Positions 1-10,003 of a stretch of 64,000 nucleotides of DNA are shown here, piece after piece. Source of the stretch: Bdellovibrionales bacterium (GTDB lineage: Bacteria; Bdellovibrionota; Bdellovibrionia; Bdellovibrionales; UBA1609); contig CBDHDF010000002.1 of NCBI GenBank assembly GCA_965261545.1, forward strand, positions 130,417 through 194,416. Direction: 5' to 3'. Numbering within the stretch: the stretch's first letter is position 1; the number at the start of each line of letters is the position of its first letter. The notes under the pieces were generated by a model that was not told where the DNA came from, searched no databases, and worked only from the letters and a program-made list of their open reading frames with translations. A program made the position numbers and the translations under genes.

Positions 1-218
1 TTTTCCTTTTTCCCAACAATGTTAATAATATTTATTTTCTATCACCCATGATGGGGTTAGGGCCTTTCTACCCACACTTTAATGTATATAGAATAACATG
101 ATTGGCTGCAAGCCACTAGTAAGATTTCCCACCTGACTTCTTGAATTGAACCTTGGTCTCTTTAGTTTATAAAAAATCTATGAAAAATCTATGAAATTTA
201 GGGAACTTTAACGCTCTT

Positions 219-239
219 GGGAGTTTCAATGAAACTCCC
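219..239 (-). terminator. Possible stem-loop just downstream of tilS, with no U-tract
   Basis: Perfect 9-bp stem gggagtttc/gaaactccc with a 3-nt loop, 26 nt past the tilS stop. No T-run follows on either strand, so its role as a terminator is uncertain. Confidence 0.25.
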
Positions 240-264
240 ACACCGCAGGGATTTTATTTGAATT

Positions 265-1311
265 TTAATGGTTGGTGGAGGGCACTGTGGGGCACTTTTT
301 TGTTTGGAGGGGCTGAGCAGAGATTCGTCCTCGGTCAATGGTCCATTGATGCTGTAGGAGAGAAAAATAGCTCTTTGTTGGGGTTTGACTCAATCGCTTA
401 AGAACTTCATTGATATGTGTTTGCCCATAGTTTTTCATACCCTTTGAGCGCATAAACTGAGCGAGTACTGAGGCTTTATCTTCGAGGGGAAGGAGGATTA
501 TGGAAGACCAACTTAGGCCTTCCACAGTTTTTCCCTCCGCATCTTTGTATTTGACACAATGGCTTGCAAGTTCAAGTTTTTTGAGATTTGGAGAGGGGGC
601 TTGGGAAATATGGCGGAGGGATCGAGACAAAGATTTGAGAGATCCAGGAGACCTTTGCTCTAAAAGGGGAAACCAGGTGTGGCGTAGCCAATTGCGTAGA
701 TACTGGTTATTGTCATTGCTGGGATCTTCTAAAAATGAAATATTGTGATTTTGAGCATACTGTTCTAGTTCACAGCGAGTGGTGTCTAAAAGGGGACGAA
801 ATCGCTTGGATTCCATAAGACTCATAGCTTTAAGGCCATGGGGTCCGGTTCCTCGAATGAGTCTAAGAAGTTGGGTTTCCAGAAGGTCGTCGGAATGATG
901 AGCAGTTGTGACAATAAGCTCCATTTCTCTGGCCCATGAATCCAAGTGATGATAACGAAAGTATCTCATTTCAGCCTCAGATGTCCCTGGTTCTTTTTTA
1001 AGGAGGTTGGTGACATACTGTAGTCCTTTCGCTTGGGTCAGAGATAAGACATGATTTTGAGCCCTTTGACGAAAGCTGTTCTTGGAAGCTAAACAGTGAT
1101 GTCCTTGAGAAGGAGAAGAGGCTTTTCTGGTAGAAAGTCCGTGATGCACATGACCTACAACCAGATGAAGATTCATCAAGGGTTGGAGTTTGAGAAAGAT
1201 ATCTAGCAAGACCATGGAATCCAAGCCACCAGAAACAGCCAGCAAAAGTGATTTCTGGTCAAACTTTTTAAGATGGCTTAGCACTTTGTGCTCTATATGA
1301 CTCCAAGGCAT
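265..1311 (-). CDS. tilS: tRNA(Ile)-lysidine synthase
   Basis: 348-aa ORF with an N-terminal PP-loop ATPase motif LAVSGGLDSMVLL (SGGxDS). Length and layout are typical of TilS. Confidence 0.88.
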   Translation of the reverse strand: MPWSHIEHKVLSHLKKFDQKSLLLAVSGGLDSMVLLDIFLKLQPLMNLHLVVGHVHHGLSTRKASSPSQGHHCLASKNSFRQRAQNHVLSLTQAKGLQYVTNLLKKEPGTSEAEMRYFRYHHLDSWAREMELIVTTAHHSDDLLETQLLRLIRGTGPHGLKAMSLMESKRFRPLLDTTRCELEQYAQNHNISFLEDPSNDNNQYLRNWLRHTWFPLLEQRSPGSLKSLSRSLRHISQAPSPNLKKLELASHCVKYKDAEGKTVEGLSWSSIILLPLEDKASVLAQFMRSKGMKNYGQTHINEVLKRLSQTPTKSYFSLLQHQWTIDRGRISAQPLQTKKCPTVPSTNH

Positions 1312-1388
1312 GCTTTGTGACTCAACTTTAACAGAAATTAAGGTTTGTTATTAATATTGCTATTATTTATCATTGCCTATCATTGTTG

Positions 1389-4300
1389 TCATTGGATTTT
1401 GAAGCTCTCCCAATTGTGATTGTCTTTGAGAAAAAATCCTTCTGTTTCTTCCAGAAAGAAATCATCAATTTTTTGTTGAGTGTTTAAATAATGGATGCTC
1501 AGTGGTATGAGATTGGATGCTTTCTTACTCATACTTATTTGAATCATATCTTCGAATCCTCCCTTATCTTTAATATATCTAATAAATTCGTCACCTCGAC
1601 GCTCTAACTGTTCTAAAAGGTCATATTTTATACGAAGCTTTGATTTATGATATTTAAAATCATCTTTTATAATTTCAAGATCATAATTAAACATGAGTTT
1701 TGGCCTCTTGAATCGAGCGAAAAAGAATTCTTTAGCTTGGTAGCGTTCATTTTTCCAGTAACAACCATTCCTTTGCCCTTCGCAACTGAAGTCTACCCTT
1801 TCCCCCATACCTCCTCCAGCATTTCGATTGATACCTTCATCCCAATCTGTTTGGAAAGATGATCCTAAATAATTAGAGTCTATCATTTTGTAAACGATAT
1901 CAAAAATACCTGCAACCTTCTGGAAAGGCCATGAATCTATTTTGTAATCATAGGGAGTATTAGGATCATATTTGATAATTGTATGAAGTCCAATATTTCC
2001 TATCCAGCCGTTTCCATTTATTAATTTAAGATATTTACGTTGCTTGTTATTAATAGCATAGGCTCCGAGGAGGTTCTTCATAACTTCTACAATGTTCATG
2101 AGATCAGGGTTTTCTCTTATAATACAATGATCATCTTGAATCTGATCGTTCTTATAAGCCTCATGGTCAAGGCATTCAGGTTTCTCAACATTTATATATC
2201 GTTGTTCTGGTATTTGAAGAAGTGTAACTTCATATTGGAGGCGGTGCTTCATGTCTTTTATATAATTCTGAGTATCATATCGATCCCAATTTGTAAATTT
2301 ACTGAAAGAAAGCATACTTTCTCTTAGAGCACCTGTAGTGACATTGGAGATAGATTTAGCAAACTTAGATGAGTTTTCTTCAAATATGAATTTCAACGTG
2401 TCTTGAGTATAATTGTTTGTATAAATATAAGGATTGCTGTTATCATTCATGAAGTCTGATGGGATGGGAATTTCTAAATGATTCCCAACTATAGGTGGAA
2501 TAGATAGTGGTGATGTATACTGACTATTAAACTCTTGGCCTGAAATTAAGAATTTTCTTGTTCTCAACATATAAGTCAGGTGAGAGGCAAAGAAAATAGG
2601 TTCTTTTGAAGAAGATATCACAATTTTATCTAACATTCCCTCTGAGAGATCATGAAAATCTTGTAATACTGAATTGGCTTGACTTAGGCTGATCTCACCA
2701 TCTTTTACATTTGCCATGAGTGGGTGTACAACTTTAGAGAAATAATCAGAATGGGCAAATGCTAAGTCCATGGATCGACGCTTTGCCTCTTTTTCTCCAA
2801 TGAACTCACAATTATCGATTTTCTTAGAAATCATCTTTTGCATGCCTAGATATTTCATTTTGAGAAAGTCAAAGCCTTTAAGATGTCTTTTTGTTTGATT
2901 CAGAGGATTTATGCCGAGTTGAGGATAAGAATATCTCACACGGTCTGTTATCGCAACATATTGATTTAAGGTATACAAAATAGGACTTAACTCTAGGCGG
3001 TATTTATCATGAAGTGTAGAAGCATTCATACCACTCAGTCCATGGCTAAATATTTTTTCGATATTAGAAAACGTATATTGAGAGGGTGTAAGAGGTGTTG
3101 TGTTTTCACTTAAAGAATAAAAATGAATAAATTCTTTTTCTTTTCTAAAATGGTCGAGATGTTCAAGGTGGCTTTCTTTTATTCCTTGGCACCATTTTAT
3201 CAATTGATTGATTTTTGTATTGCTGGTCATGTATAATTTTCTTTGAATCGATAAAGCTTCTTCAAAGGAAGTTCTTCTTTTTTTAAGAATAGATTCACCA
3301 ATGAGAGAAAGAAAATCATCGGGGTTTATTTGATAAGTTTCGAATACTTTTGATGTTAGAAAATAATATAAAGAATCATATATTTCACTCCTAAAAAGTG
3401 ATTTTTTATTTTCTATGTCCCAGAACATTTGTTTTTCTTTGAGATTTGTAAAATTAAACCATGGATCAGAATAACGACCAGCCATCATGTAATTCATAAT
3501 AATATTTGTGTTTAATGAGATTCGAAACCATAAGACACGTATTGTTGCTGACCATTCTGTTTTTGCCATATAAAATGCAAATGCCATCATGTTTGGGTAT
3601 ACGGTTGTTTTTAAGATATTACGATTGATAGATGTAAAAAAATGTTGAACATCAATTTCATCAAAGTCATGGCTGTATTTTGCATTAGTTTCTAAAAAAG
3701 ATTTTGAAAAAAAAGCTCTTTCTGTATGAAATTTGTTCCAAATAGGAATAAGATTCTTACTCCAGTCTAGGGTTTCTTGTAAAAATGGTTGTGTTTTAGT
3801 GCTTTGTTGTGAGAACTTCCAGTGCAATTTCTCTGTAGAGTAAATGCTCAATTGAGCCAAATCCCATCGAATAAGAAGTTTAAATATTTTAAAGCTATTA
3901 TCCATAAATAAACTCTTATTATCAATGAACTCAAGATATTTTTGAGAATCAGTAATGCCAATTCTTTGAAAATAGACTCCAAGAGTTAAATAAGATATTT
4001 CAATAGGATAGCCTAAAATTAGGTCCAAAGTGATTCCTTCGTAGGCAGGGTATTGATTTAGGTCTTTTTTATTTATTTTTATATCTTGAATTTCAGATTC
4101 GACATAATATAACAATTCATTTTTTATATTCTTATTGTTTTTGGCATAAATAGGTATGAATGGAATCAACTCTTTTCTAAGAGAGCCGAATATAGGATCT
4201 TCTTTTTTTGCATTGTATTTCCATGGTTTGATGGTCTCAAAGTATTTTATTTTGATATGGTCAATTTGTGACCAATTTAATGTTTTTGTTATCCTAAGAA

Positions 4301-5141
4301 TATTAGTAAGATGCTTGCGAATCATTTTATTTGTTATGTTTTTGGACTCATCTGTTATGCTATTTTCATGGTTCTTTCCATGGTCAATTTCATGGTTCTT
4401 TCCATGGTCAATTTCATGATCAATATTATTTTTATAGTACTCTTTATTAAAGCTATTTAATAATGATAAAACCACTTCTAAGTAATAATTTTCTAATTTT
4501 TTTATATTTTTATTTCTACTTATATCAAAGGTTGCTCCTAAGAGTTTTATTTTTTCAATAGTATTTTTTTCTCGACTAGCAATCATAATAATAATATTTG
4601 AAATAGAAACTTCTTTAGAAAGAGAAGTTTGAAGAAGTTCACAGTTTTGAGATTCTTTAATTAAACAATCTTTTAAAAAATGATTATAGAATTTTTCTAA
4701 AGATATCGATAATTCTTCTCTTAATTCTTTTCTATACTTCCGGGTATTGGGTGTGATATTAATTTGGTTTTTAGATAAGTCATTTATTTTTTTTAGTAGT
4801 GTCGCATAGAGACCTAAATAACCAGTATAGTTTCTTGATGTGTAAATTTCTTTATGAAGACTCTTCTCTCCATAAATTTCTTTTTCTAGAGATGTTCTGG
4901 CTTCTTCATAAAGTTCATTTTGAATCATATTGTGTATATCAAGATGATCCTGTGTATATCTGTTGTTTGATTCATTCTTTATAGACGCGTTGTTCGGAGG
5001 AACTTCGACCTCTTCTTGAATGACCTTGCTATGAGGTAGGGCGATCTTATTATTTGTAATCGTTTCCTCTGTACAGGAAGCAAGAGAAATTATCATGGAT
5101 AGACAAGTAAAGAATTTCTTAAAATCCAATTTAAAAAACAT
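1389..5141 (-). CDS. Giant orphan lipoprotein, paralog A (function unknown)
   Basis: 1250-aa uninterrupted ORF with a canonical lipobox ...IISLAS-C-TEE. It is extremely AT-rich and N/K/I-rich. It shares blocks with the 6076..9954 product (YPNM, [SD]PWFNF, Y..YY.L.[ST].[VI]FETY). Its start overlaps the stop of the upstream barrel gene by 11 nt. Confidence 0.75.
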   Translation of the reverse strand: MFFKLDFKKFFTCLSMIISLASCTEETITNNKIALPHSKVIQEEVEVPPNNASIKNESNNRYTQDHLDIHNMIQNELYEEARTSLEKEIYGEKSLHKEIYTSRNYTGYLGLYATLLKKINDLSKNQINITPNTRKYRKELREELSISLEKFYNHFLKDCLIKESQNCELLQTSLSKEVSISNIIIMIASREKNTIEKIKLLGATFDISRNKNIKKLENYYLEVVLSLLNSFNKEYYKNNIDHEIDHGKNHEIDHGKNHENSITDESKNITNKMIRKHLTNILRITKTLNWSQIDHIKIKYFETIKPWKYNAKKEDPIFGSLRKELIPFIPIYAKNNKNIKNELLYYVESEIQDIKINKKDLNQYPAYEGITLDLILGYPIEISYLTLGVYFQRIGITDSQKYLEFIDNKSLFMDNSFKIFKLLIRWDLAQLSIYSTEKLHWKFSQQSTKTQPFLQETLDWSKNLIPIWNKFHTERAFFSKSFLETNAKYSHDFDEIDVQHFFTSINRNILKTTVYPNMMAFAFYMAKTEWSATIRVLWFRISLNTNIIMNYMMAGRYSDPWFNFTNLKEKQMFWDIENKKSLFRSEIYDSLYYFLTSKVFETYQINPDDFLSLIGESILKKRRTSFEEALSIQRKLYMTSNTKINQLIKWCQGIKESHLEHLDHFRKEKEFIHFYSLSENTTPLTPSQYTFSNIEKIFSHGLSGMNASTLHDKYRLELSPILYTLNQYVAITDRVRYSYPQLGINPLNQTKRHLKGFDFLKMKYLGMQKMISKKIDNCEFIGEKEAKRRSMDLAFAHSDYFSKVVHPLMANVKDGEISLSQANSVLQDFHDLSEGMLDKIVISSSKEPIFFASHLTYMLRTRKFLISGQEFNSQYTSPLSIPPIVGNHLEIPIPSDFMNDNSNPYIYTNNYTQDTLKFIFEENSSKFAKSISNVTTGALRESMLSFSKFTNWDRYDTQNYIKDMKHRLQYEVTLLQIPEQRYINVEKPECLDHEAYKNDQIQDDHCIIRENPDLMNIVEVMKNLLGAYAINNKQRKYLKLINGNGWIGNIGLHTIIKYDPNTPYDYKIDSWPFQKVAGIFDIVYKMIDSNYLGSSFQTDWDEGINRNAGGGMGERVDFSCEGQRNGCYWKNERYQAKEFFFARFKRPKLMFNYDLEIIKDDFKYHKSKLRIKYDLLEQLERRGDEFIRYIKDKGGFEDMIQISMSKKASNLIPLSIHYLNTQQKIDDFFLEETEGFFLKDNHNWESFKIQ
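4367..4414. repeat. Perfect 24-bp x 2 in-frame tandem duplication inside paralog A
   Basis: catggttctttccatggtcaattt occurs twice in tandem and encodes the duplicated peptide HEIDHGKN-HEIDHGKN. Confidence 0.9.
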
Positions 5142-6063
5142 AAGTCACTCCGCCTATAAAAGTCTTGCGATACTTATCATAGTATCCAAGATCAATTTTA
5201 TCGTTTTCTTGGTATGAATTATTAATCATACTAAGTGAGAAATTAAAATTATTTAATTGTGTAAATAAAGATAAATTATTTCCGAAATCAAGATTCCAGC
5301 TTCCATCAAGATACCTTTTCATATTTGCTCGATAAATAAATCGGAGACCAATCATCTCTGCAATCATGTACGTGAGACCAAGGCTATTTGAAGTAAGCCA
5401 ATCACGATTCATTTGGTCGTCTAAGAACAATGAAAATCGTTGAGTGTTCCAAAGATAATTGGTAGAAAGTCTATTAAATAGAGAAAAATTATTCCATTTA
5501 TGAGTTTGTATAAAGTAGCTTAAAGATACATTTGCAATATGCTTATCAACACGGCTGCGTTCACTGGTAGGAAGACTTAAATTGAATGTGCTTGAACTTT
5601 TACTTAGAGAATCAAAGTATTTATCAAATGGTTTGTTTTTTCGATAAACGATGCCTAAATTAATATTTGCTATTTTATGGAATGGGTCACTCTTAGTGTC
5701 TCTAACAATATGTCTTTTGTAGGATTCATGACTCATTCCAATGCTTCCATAGGCGCTCCAATTTTTATCAAAACTATAAGCATTAGAAAAACTTATTTTG
5801 TGTTTATTTGTTTTTGACTTAACCTGCTCAAGGTCATTGTAGTATATGGAATATTTTCCAATAAATCCAAATTTATGAGACGTGGGCATAAGGTTTGATT
5901 GATCTAAGATGATTGTTTTTTTCTTTATGGTTCTACGCTCTTCTTTACTAATATCTTTATTAAAATTATTCGTTTCTATCTTACCATATATCACCTGGCT
6001 GGCTGCCATCAATGAGAGGCAGCTCGCAGAAAACATAAGAAGTAGAAGTATTAGGCTTTTCAC
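5131..6063 (-). CDS. Putative outer-membrane beta-barrel protein
   Basis: 310 aa with an N-terminal signal peptide (MKSLILLLLMFSASCLSLMAAS). The sequence alternates hydrophobic and polar residues like beta-strands. The C-terminus ...FIGGVTYVF ends in Phe, the typical BAM beta-signal. The gene sits 12 nt from the upstream gene and overlaps the downstream one by 11 nt. Confidence 0.6.
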   Translation of the reverse strand: MKSLILLLLMFSASCLSLMAASQVIYGKIETNNFNKDISKEERRTIKKKTIILDQSNLMPTSHKFGFIGKYSIYYNDLEQVKSKTNKHKISFSNAYSFDKNWSAYGSIGMSHESYKRHIVRDTKSDPFHKIANINLGIVYRKNKPFDKYFDSLSKSSSTFNLSLPTSERSRVDKHIANVSLSYFIQTHKWNNFSLFNRLSTNYLWNTQRFSLFLDDQMNRDWLTSNSLGLTYMIAEMIGLRFIYRANMKRYLDGSWNLDFGNNLSLFTQLNNFNFSLSMINNSYQENDKIDLGYYDKYRKTFIGGVTYVF

Positions 6064-6075
6064 AATGAGACCTCC

Positions 6076-9000
6076 TTACTCTGAGTCTACAACAATGTCG
6101 GATATTTCATCTTGATAAATATTTATGGTATCTAAGAAAAACCCACTCGTATTATTATTTATTTTTTGAGAGAGACCTTCAAATTTACTATAAATCAAGT
6201 CACTTATGAGAGGTTCGAGGCTCACACGATCGTTGTAGCTCGATTTATTGGTGACTGTATTTAATTGATGAGTTCTTTTTGTTCCCGAGATTGGGTCTAT
6301 GCGATAGCTATAAGTTGTGAGTTTGGCATGGTTTGTTTGATTCTTAATTTCTTGTAAGAAATCTTTATTGTATTGGTAATAATCTTTTAATAATTGTGAG
6401 TATTTTTTCATGAATATCTCATTAATACGATCTGGGACTGGGAAGATAAAATTTGAACCACTCATCTTATGAACAGAAGTAACATAGTTAACAAGAGGGC
6501 CAGAAAACCAGATATCTTCAGATGAAGTCACTCCAGAATCTGAGAATAATCGCTTAAATGTGAGATCGTAAATGGAATGAATGGCATGTTCGTTTTCTTT
6601 CTTTATTAGATTCTCATACAGCTTTTGTTCGTACTTATATTCTTGTCCAAGAAGCAAGAGAATATCTCTGTCTCGATCATCGATATTCATATAATTAATA
6701 ATAAAATTAAAATGAGATATAATTCTTTTTGGTGTTATTTGCATGCAATTTCTCGATCTTATATGACTATCGAGGTCCTTGTTATGGCAATTAACACTTG
6801 GATCCTTTTCTAAAAGACCCATCTTAAAGAGACTAATAAGAATATCTCCTTTATTTATAGTTGTTGTAACAGGAGCTGCCTTTTCTGCCCATTTCATTTG
6901 ATTGGCTAGGGCTTGTATACCCGATGTGATGAATGCTCTTCTGGCATTATTTTTATTAGAGGATAAATCAAATGAGATGATATTTGGATTAGATTCATCA
7001 TATATGCTCTCATTTTTAAAATTTGTCGGCATAGTGACTACATATTCGTCAGGAAAAAGTTCATTTAAATAGGCATAAATACGAGCGGCAGTGTCCATTT
7101 TATAAGAGACTACTTGAGATTGAGAAATGAGTATTTGATTATATCCAAAACGATGGGTGTATGAATCAGGAAATTTTGGTTGAAGTCCATCTGGGTGGTT
7201 ATGGTTTTGAGTATAGCGATTGAATTCTCTCCTAATATTTTCAATCTCAATGGCTTCTTCACTTTCTGGGCTTAAGGATTGTCTTTGAGTGTTTGTAAGC
7301 TTGCTCAAAACACTCCAGATTTTATCAAAGAGCAGACCTAATTCTTCTGCCTCTTTGTAAATCAACATATGTCGAATATCACGCGCACGACTTAGTAACA
7401 AACTATCGCAAGAGCGTATTTTAGATTCTGCTTCAGTGTATATTCTTATATAGTCAGTTTTTAATTCATAGTATGATTGAAATTGCTCTTTAAAGATTTC
7501 ATCAATTTTAGATGAATTTGTTCCTTTAAAATCTTTAAACACATCAAGAATCGTACTTGCCAATATTTTTTTCTGGGTAAAGTTTTTTCTCATTGAATTA
7601 AAAGTTTGAAGTATTTGATGAGAGTATATGTTTCTGATGTACTCTCCAATTGTATTATCTTTGTTGTTGATTCCTTCATAGATAATAGATGAGTCAATGT
7701 CATTAAAAGCCAATTGATTTTTAATATGCCTTCGTGGCTTCATTGCTTTTTGATATTTCATGGTTTCATACCAACGAAAGTCTGATCCTAAATGTGTTCT
7801 TGCATTTGAGAGATCATTGGCCTCTTGGCTCTGAAGTTCTTCTTCTTCTTTACATATTTTTCGTAACCATTGAGCATTGTTCTTAAATGTCTCAAGTTTT
7901 TTAAGAAGATCTGTTCGTTTGGCTTCAAGAGATTGTTCTTCCGATAAAATAAGTTTTTTTATGACGACTCTAAAGAAGTCTTCATGCGTAAATGTTGCAA
8001 TGGTATTTGTTGAGTAGGTTTCAAATATTTGAGTTATAAGAGCATAGTAATAGGTGTAAATGATCTCTCTTGCGTCAAGCTTTTCACCATCATGACCAAA
8101 ATTAAACCAAGGGCTCATATGGCCATTAAAGAATATACTAATAATATCATTACTATCTATTGTGAATGCACCAAAGAAAGTTTGAATTGTATCTTTCATC
8201 TCTAGAGATGCCATAACATGCATCAAAGGAAACATATTTGGATAGGTAACGAGAAATTTAATATTTTTTCCTATAACCTCTATAATTGAATTGATTCGGT
8301 TGTATAATTTTTTACTTTTTTCATCAATTTTATTTGTATCTATAAGTCTGCTAAGTAGGCTTTTAATCATTTTAGATCTAACTATTGTTTTTGTCCAAGC
8401 CTTACGAATTTTGCTCGCTTCTTTGTCTGACTCTCTTAAAATATTAATAATAGACATATTTTCATTTCTATTATAAAAATCGTTCATTCGATTGTTTGTT
8501 AGAACAATATTATTGACAATTTGATATTTAATAATTTTTTCTATATTTACCATTAAGCGCATGGAGTCTTTCTTAGTGTGAGACCAGAAAGACGTGGCGT
8601 CTTCGAGATTAAAGTGTCCATAAAATGACTGATATATTAGATAAAAATATTCATCAAGATCATCTTTTTTGAAAGAATTTTCTCCAATAAGAGTCTTAAG
8701 AATATCTTTACTTTCAGGTCCGTAAAGTTCAATGTCTCCATCATGTAGATCAATTTGAGGAAAAATCTTTTTTTGAAGTTCACTCAGTTCAACTTTTTTA
8801 TCTTGATGAGGCGAATGGGATGACTGATCTTTGGATTTAACATATTTGTTGTACTCATCTTTAAGTTCACCTTTTATATTTGCCTCTTGAAACTTAAATC
8901 CTTGTTCATAATTTTTTGTGACGTTGTAGGGAATAGAAGAGGTGATATCATTCTTTAATTCGTCGGATAAACTTCCATCTTTTTTGTAGAGAAGATATTT

Positions 9001-9954
9001 TCCGGCAATATCAATAATATTTGTCATAGATGGATTTTTTGTATCATCTATGTTTCGAGAAAGTTTCCAAGGGTTTAGAGACTTGATGAGGTTTATATAT
9101 TTTTTCTGATCTCCTTTAGAGCTTCCAACCAATTTAGGACTTATCTTTAATGTGTTGGCGAAAAGATCAGAATCTTGACTTTTTCGGAGGGGACTTATTG
9201 TCCCATTATCTTCTTGAAATAAAGAGGTTGCCACTCTCTCAAGCAGCATGAATCTTAGGGTAGAATCAAGCTGTCTATTTTTAATTTCGATACCAGCTTT
9301 AATAATTCTTATTTTCTCAGTATCATCTGTCTCTCTTTTGTACATGATTTTAGTGATTTGGCTCATATTGACGCTATCATGGTATTTAAAAAATTTAATA
9401 AATTCACAAGATCCTTTGAGATTCTTGTCACAATCCCAAAAAAGAATCTTTTTATATTTATCCATAAGGTCTGAATTTACAATGAGACTTGGTTTTTGTT
9501 TATTGACAAGCAAGATGGCGTCGTTAAACAAATTGACCATTCGTGGCATGATGTATCGACCACTCTGAGTTTTAGCATAACGATTTTTTTCAATGCTAAG
9601 ATAGTTTACATTGAGGATCATCTTTTTTAAAGGATTGATGACCTCATTCATTAAAATTTCTGTATTGATATTTTTATTATCTTCAATACTTGCCTGGTGG
9701 GTGACAACGGGCTCTATGGATTGAAGTAAGTGTTCAAGTTGAATGGACTGTGTTTGAGTTGAAGGACCTGAAACAGATTGGTTCAAGATAGACTTGATTG
9801 TTTCTTGAGTTTGGTTGACCTTGTTATCAGGATAGCTTCTTTTTCGCTCGGACTCTTTCGGGCTACAGCTAGCTAAAAGAAATTCTAATGTAAAAAGAAT
9901 GATAAATATTTTTAAGGTATGAGTTTTTAAAACCTGGTTTCCTAAAATTTTCAT
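6076..9954 (-). CDS. Giant orphan lipoprotein, paralog B (function unknown)
   Basis: 1292-aa ORF with a canonical lipobox ...FLLAS-C-SPKE. It is AT-rich and shares sequence blocks with the 1389..5141 product. Confidence 0.75.
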   Translation of the reverse strand: MKILGNQVLKTHTLKIFIILFTLEFLLASCSPKESERKRSYPDNKVNQTQETIKSILNQSVSGPSTQTQSIQLEHLLQSIEPVVTHQASIEDNKNINTEILMNEVINPLKKMILNVNYLSIEKNRYAKTQSGRYIMPRMVNLFNDAILLVNKQKPSLIVNSDLMDKYKKILFWDCDKNLKGSCEFIKFFKYHDSVNMSQITKIMYKRETDDTEKIRIIKAGIEIKNRQLDSTLRFMLLERVATSLFQEDNGTISPLRKSQDSDLFANTLKISPKLVGSSKGDQKKYINLIKSLNPWKLSRNIDDTKNPSMTNIIDIAGKYLLYKKDGSLSDELKNDITSSIPYNVTKNYEQGFKFQEANIKGELKDEYNKYVKSKDQSSHSPHQDKKVELSELQKKIFPQIDLHDGDIELYGPESKDILKTLIGENSFKKDDLDEYFYLIYQSFYGHFNLEDATSFWSHTKKDSMRLMVNIEKIIKYQIVNNIVLTNNRMNDFYNRNENMSIINILRESDKEASKIRKAWTKTIVRSKMIKSLLSRLIDTNKIDEKSKKLYNRINSIIEVIGKNIKFLVTYPNMFPLMHVMASLEMKDTIQTFFGAFTIDSNDIISIFFNGHMSPWFNFGHDGEKLDAREIIYTYYYALITQIFETYSTNTIATFTHEDFFRVVIKKLILSEEQSLEAKRTDLLKKLETFKNNAQWLRKICKEEEELQSQEANDLSNARTHLGSDFRWYETMKYQKAMKPRRHIKNQLAFNDIDSSIIYEGINNKDNTIGEYIRNIYSHQILQTFNSMRKNFTQKKILASTILDVFKDFKGTNSSKIDEIFKEQFQSYYELKTDYIRIYTEAESKIRSCDSLLLSRARDIRHMLIYKEAEELGLLFDKIWSVLSKLTNTQRQSLSPESEEAIEIENIRREFNRYTQNHNHPDGLQPKFPDSYTHRFGYNQILISQSQVVSYKMDTAARIYAYLNELFPDEYVVTMPTNFKNESIYDESNPNIISFDLSSNKNNARRAFITSGIQALANQMKWAEKAAPVTTTINKGDILISLFKMGLLEKDPSVNCHNKDLDSHIRSRNCMQITPKRIISHFNFIINYMNIDDRDRDILLLLGQEYKYEQKLYENLIKKENEHAIHSIYDLTFKRLFSDSGVTSSEDIWFSGPLVNYVTSVHKMSGSNFIFPVPDRINEIFMKKYSQLLKDYYQYNKDFLQEIKNQTNHAKLTTYSYRIDPISGTKRTHQLNTVTNKSSYNDRVSLEPLISDLIYSKFEGLSQKINNNTSGFFLDTINIYQDEISDIVVDSE

Positions 9955-10003
9955 TATATCTCCTAATTTTTCTTAATTTCCTTAATATTCCTAACTTTTT
10001 TAA

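Noticed and set aside
4367-4414. HEIDH (formally HExxH), duplicated in giant lipoprotein A, as a possible zinc-protease site
   Set aside because: It lies in a freshly duplicated low-complexity peptide (HEIDHGKN x 2). It has no third-ligand context and is absent from the paralog, so it is most likely a coincidence.
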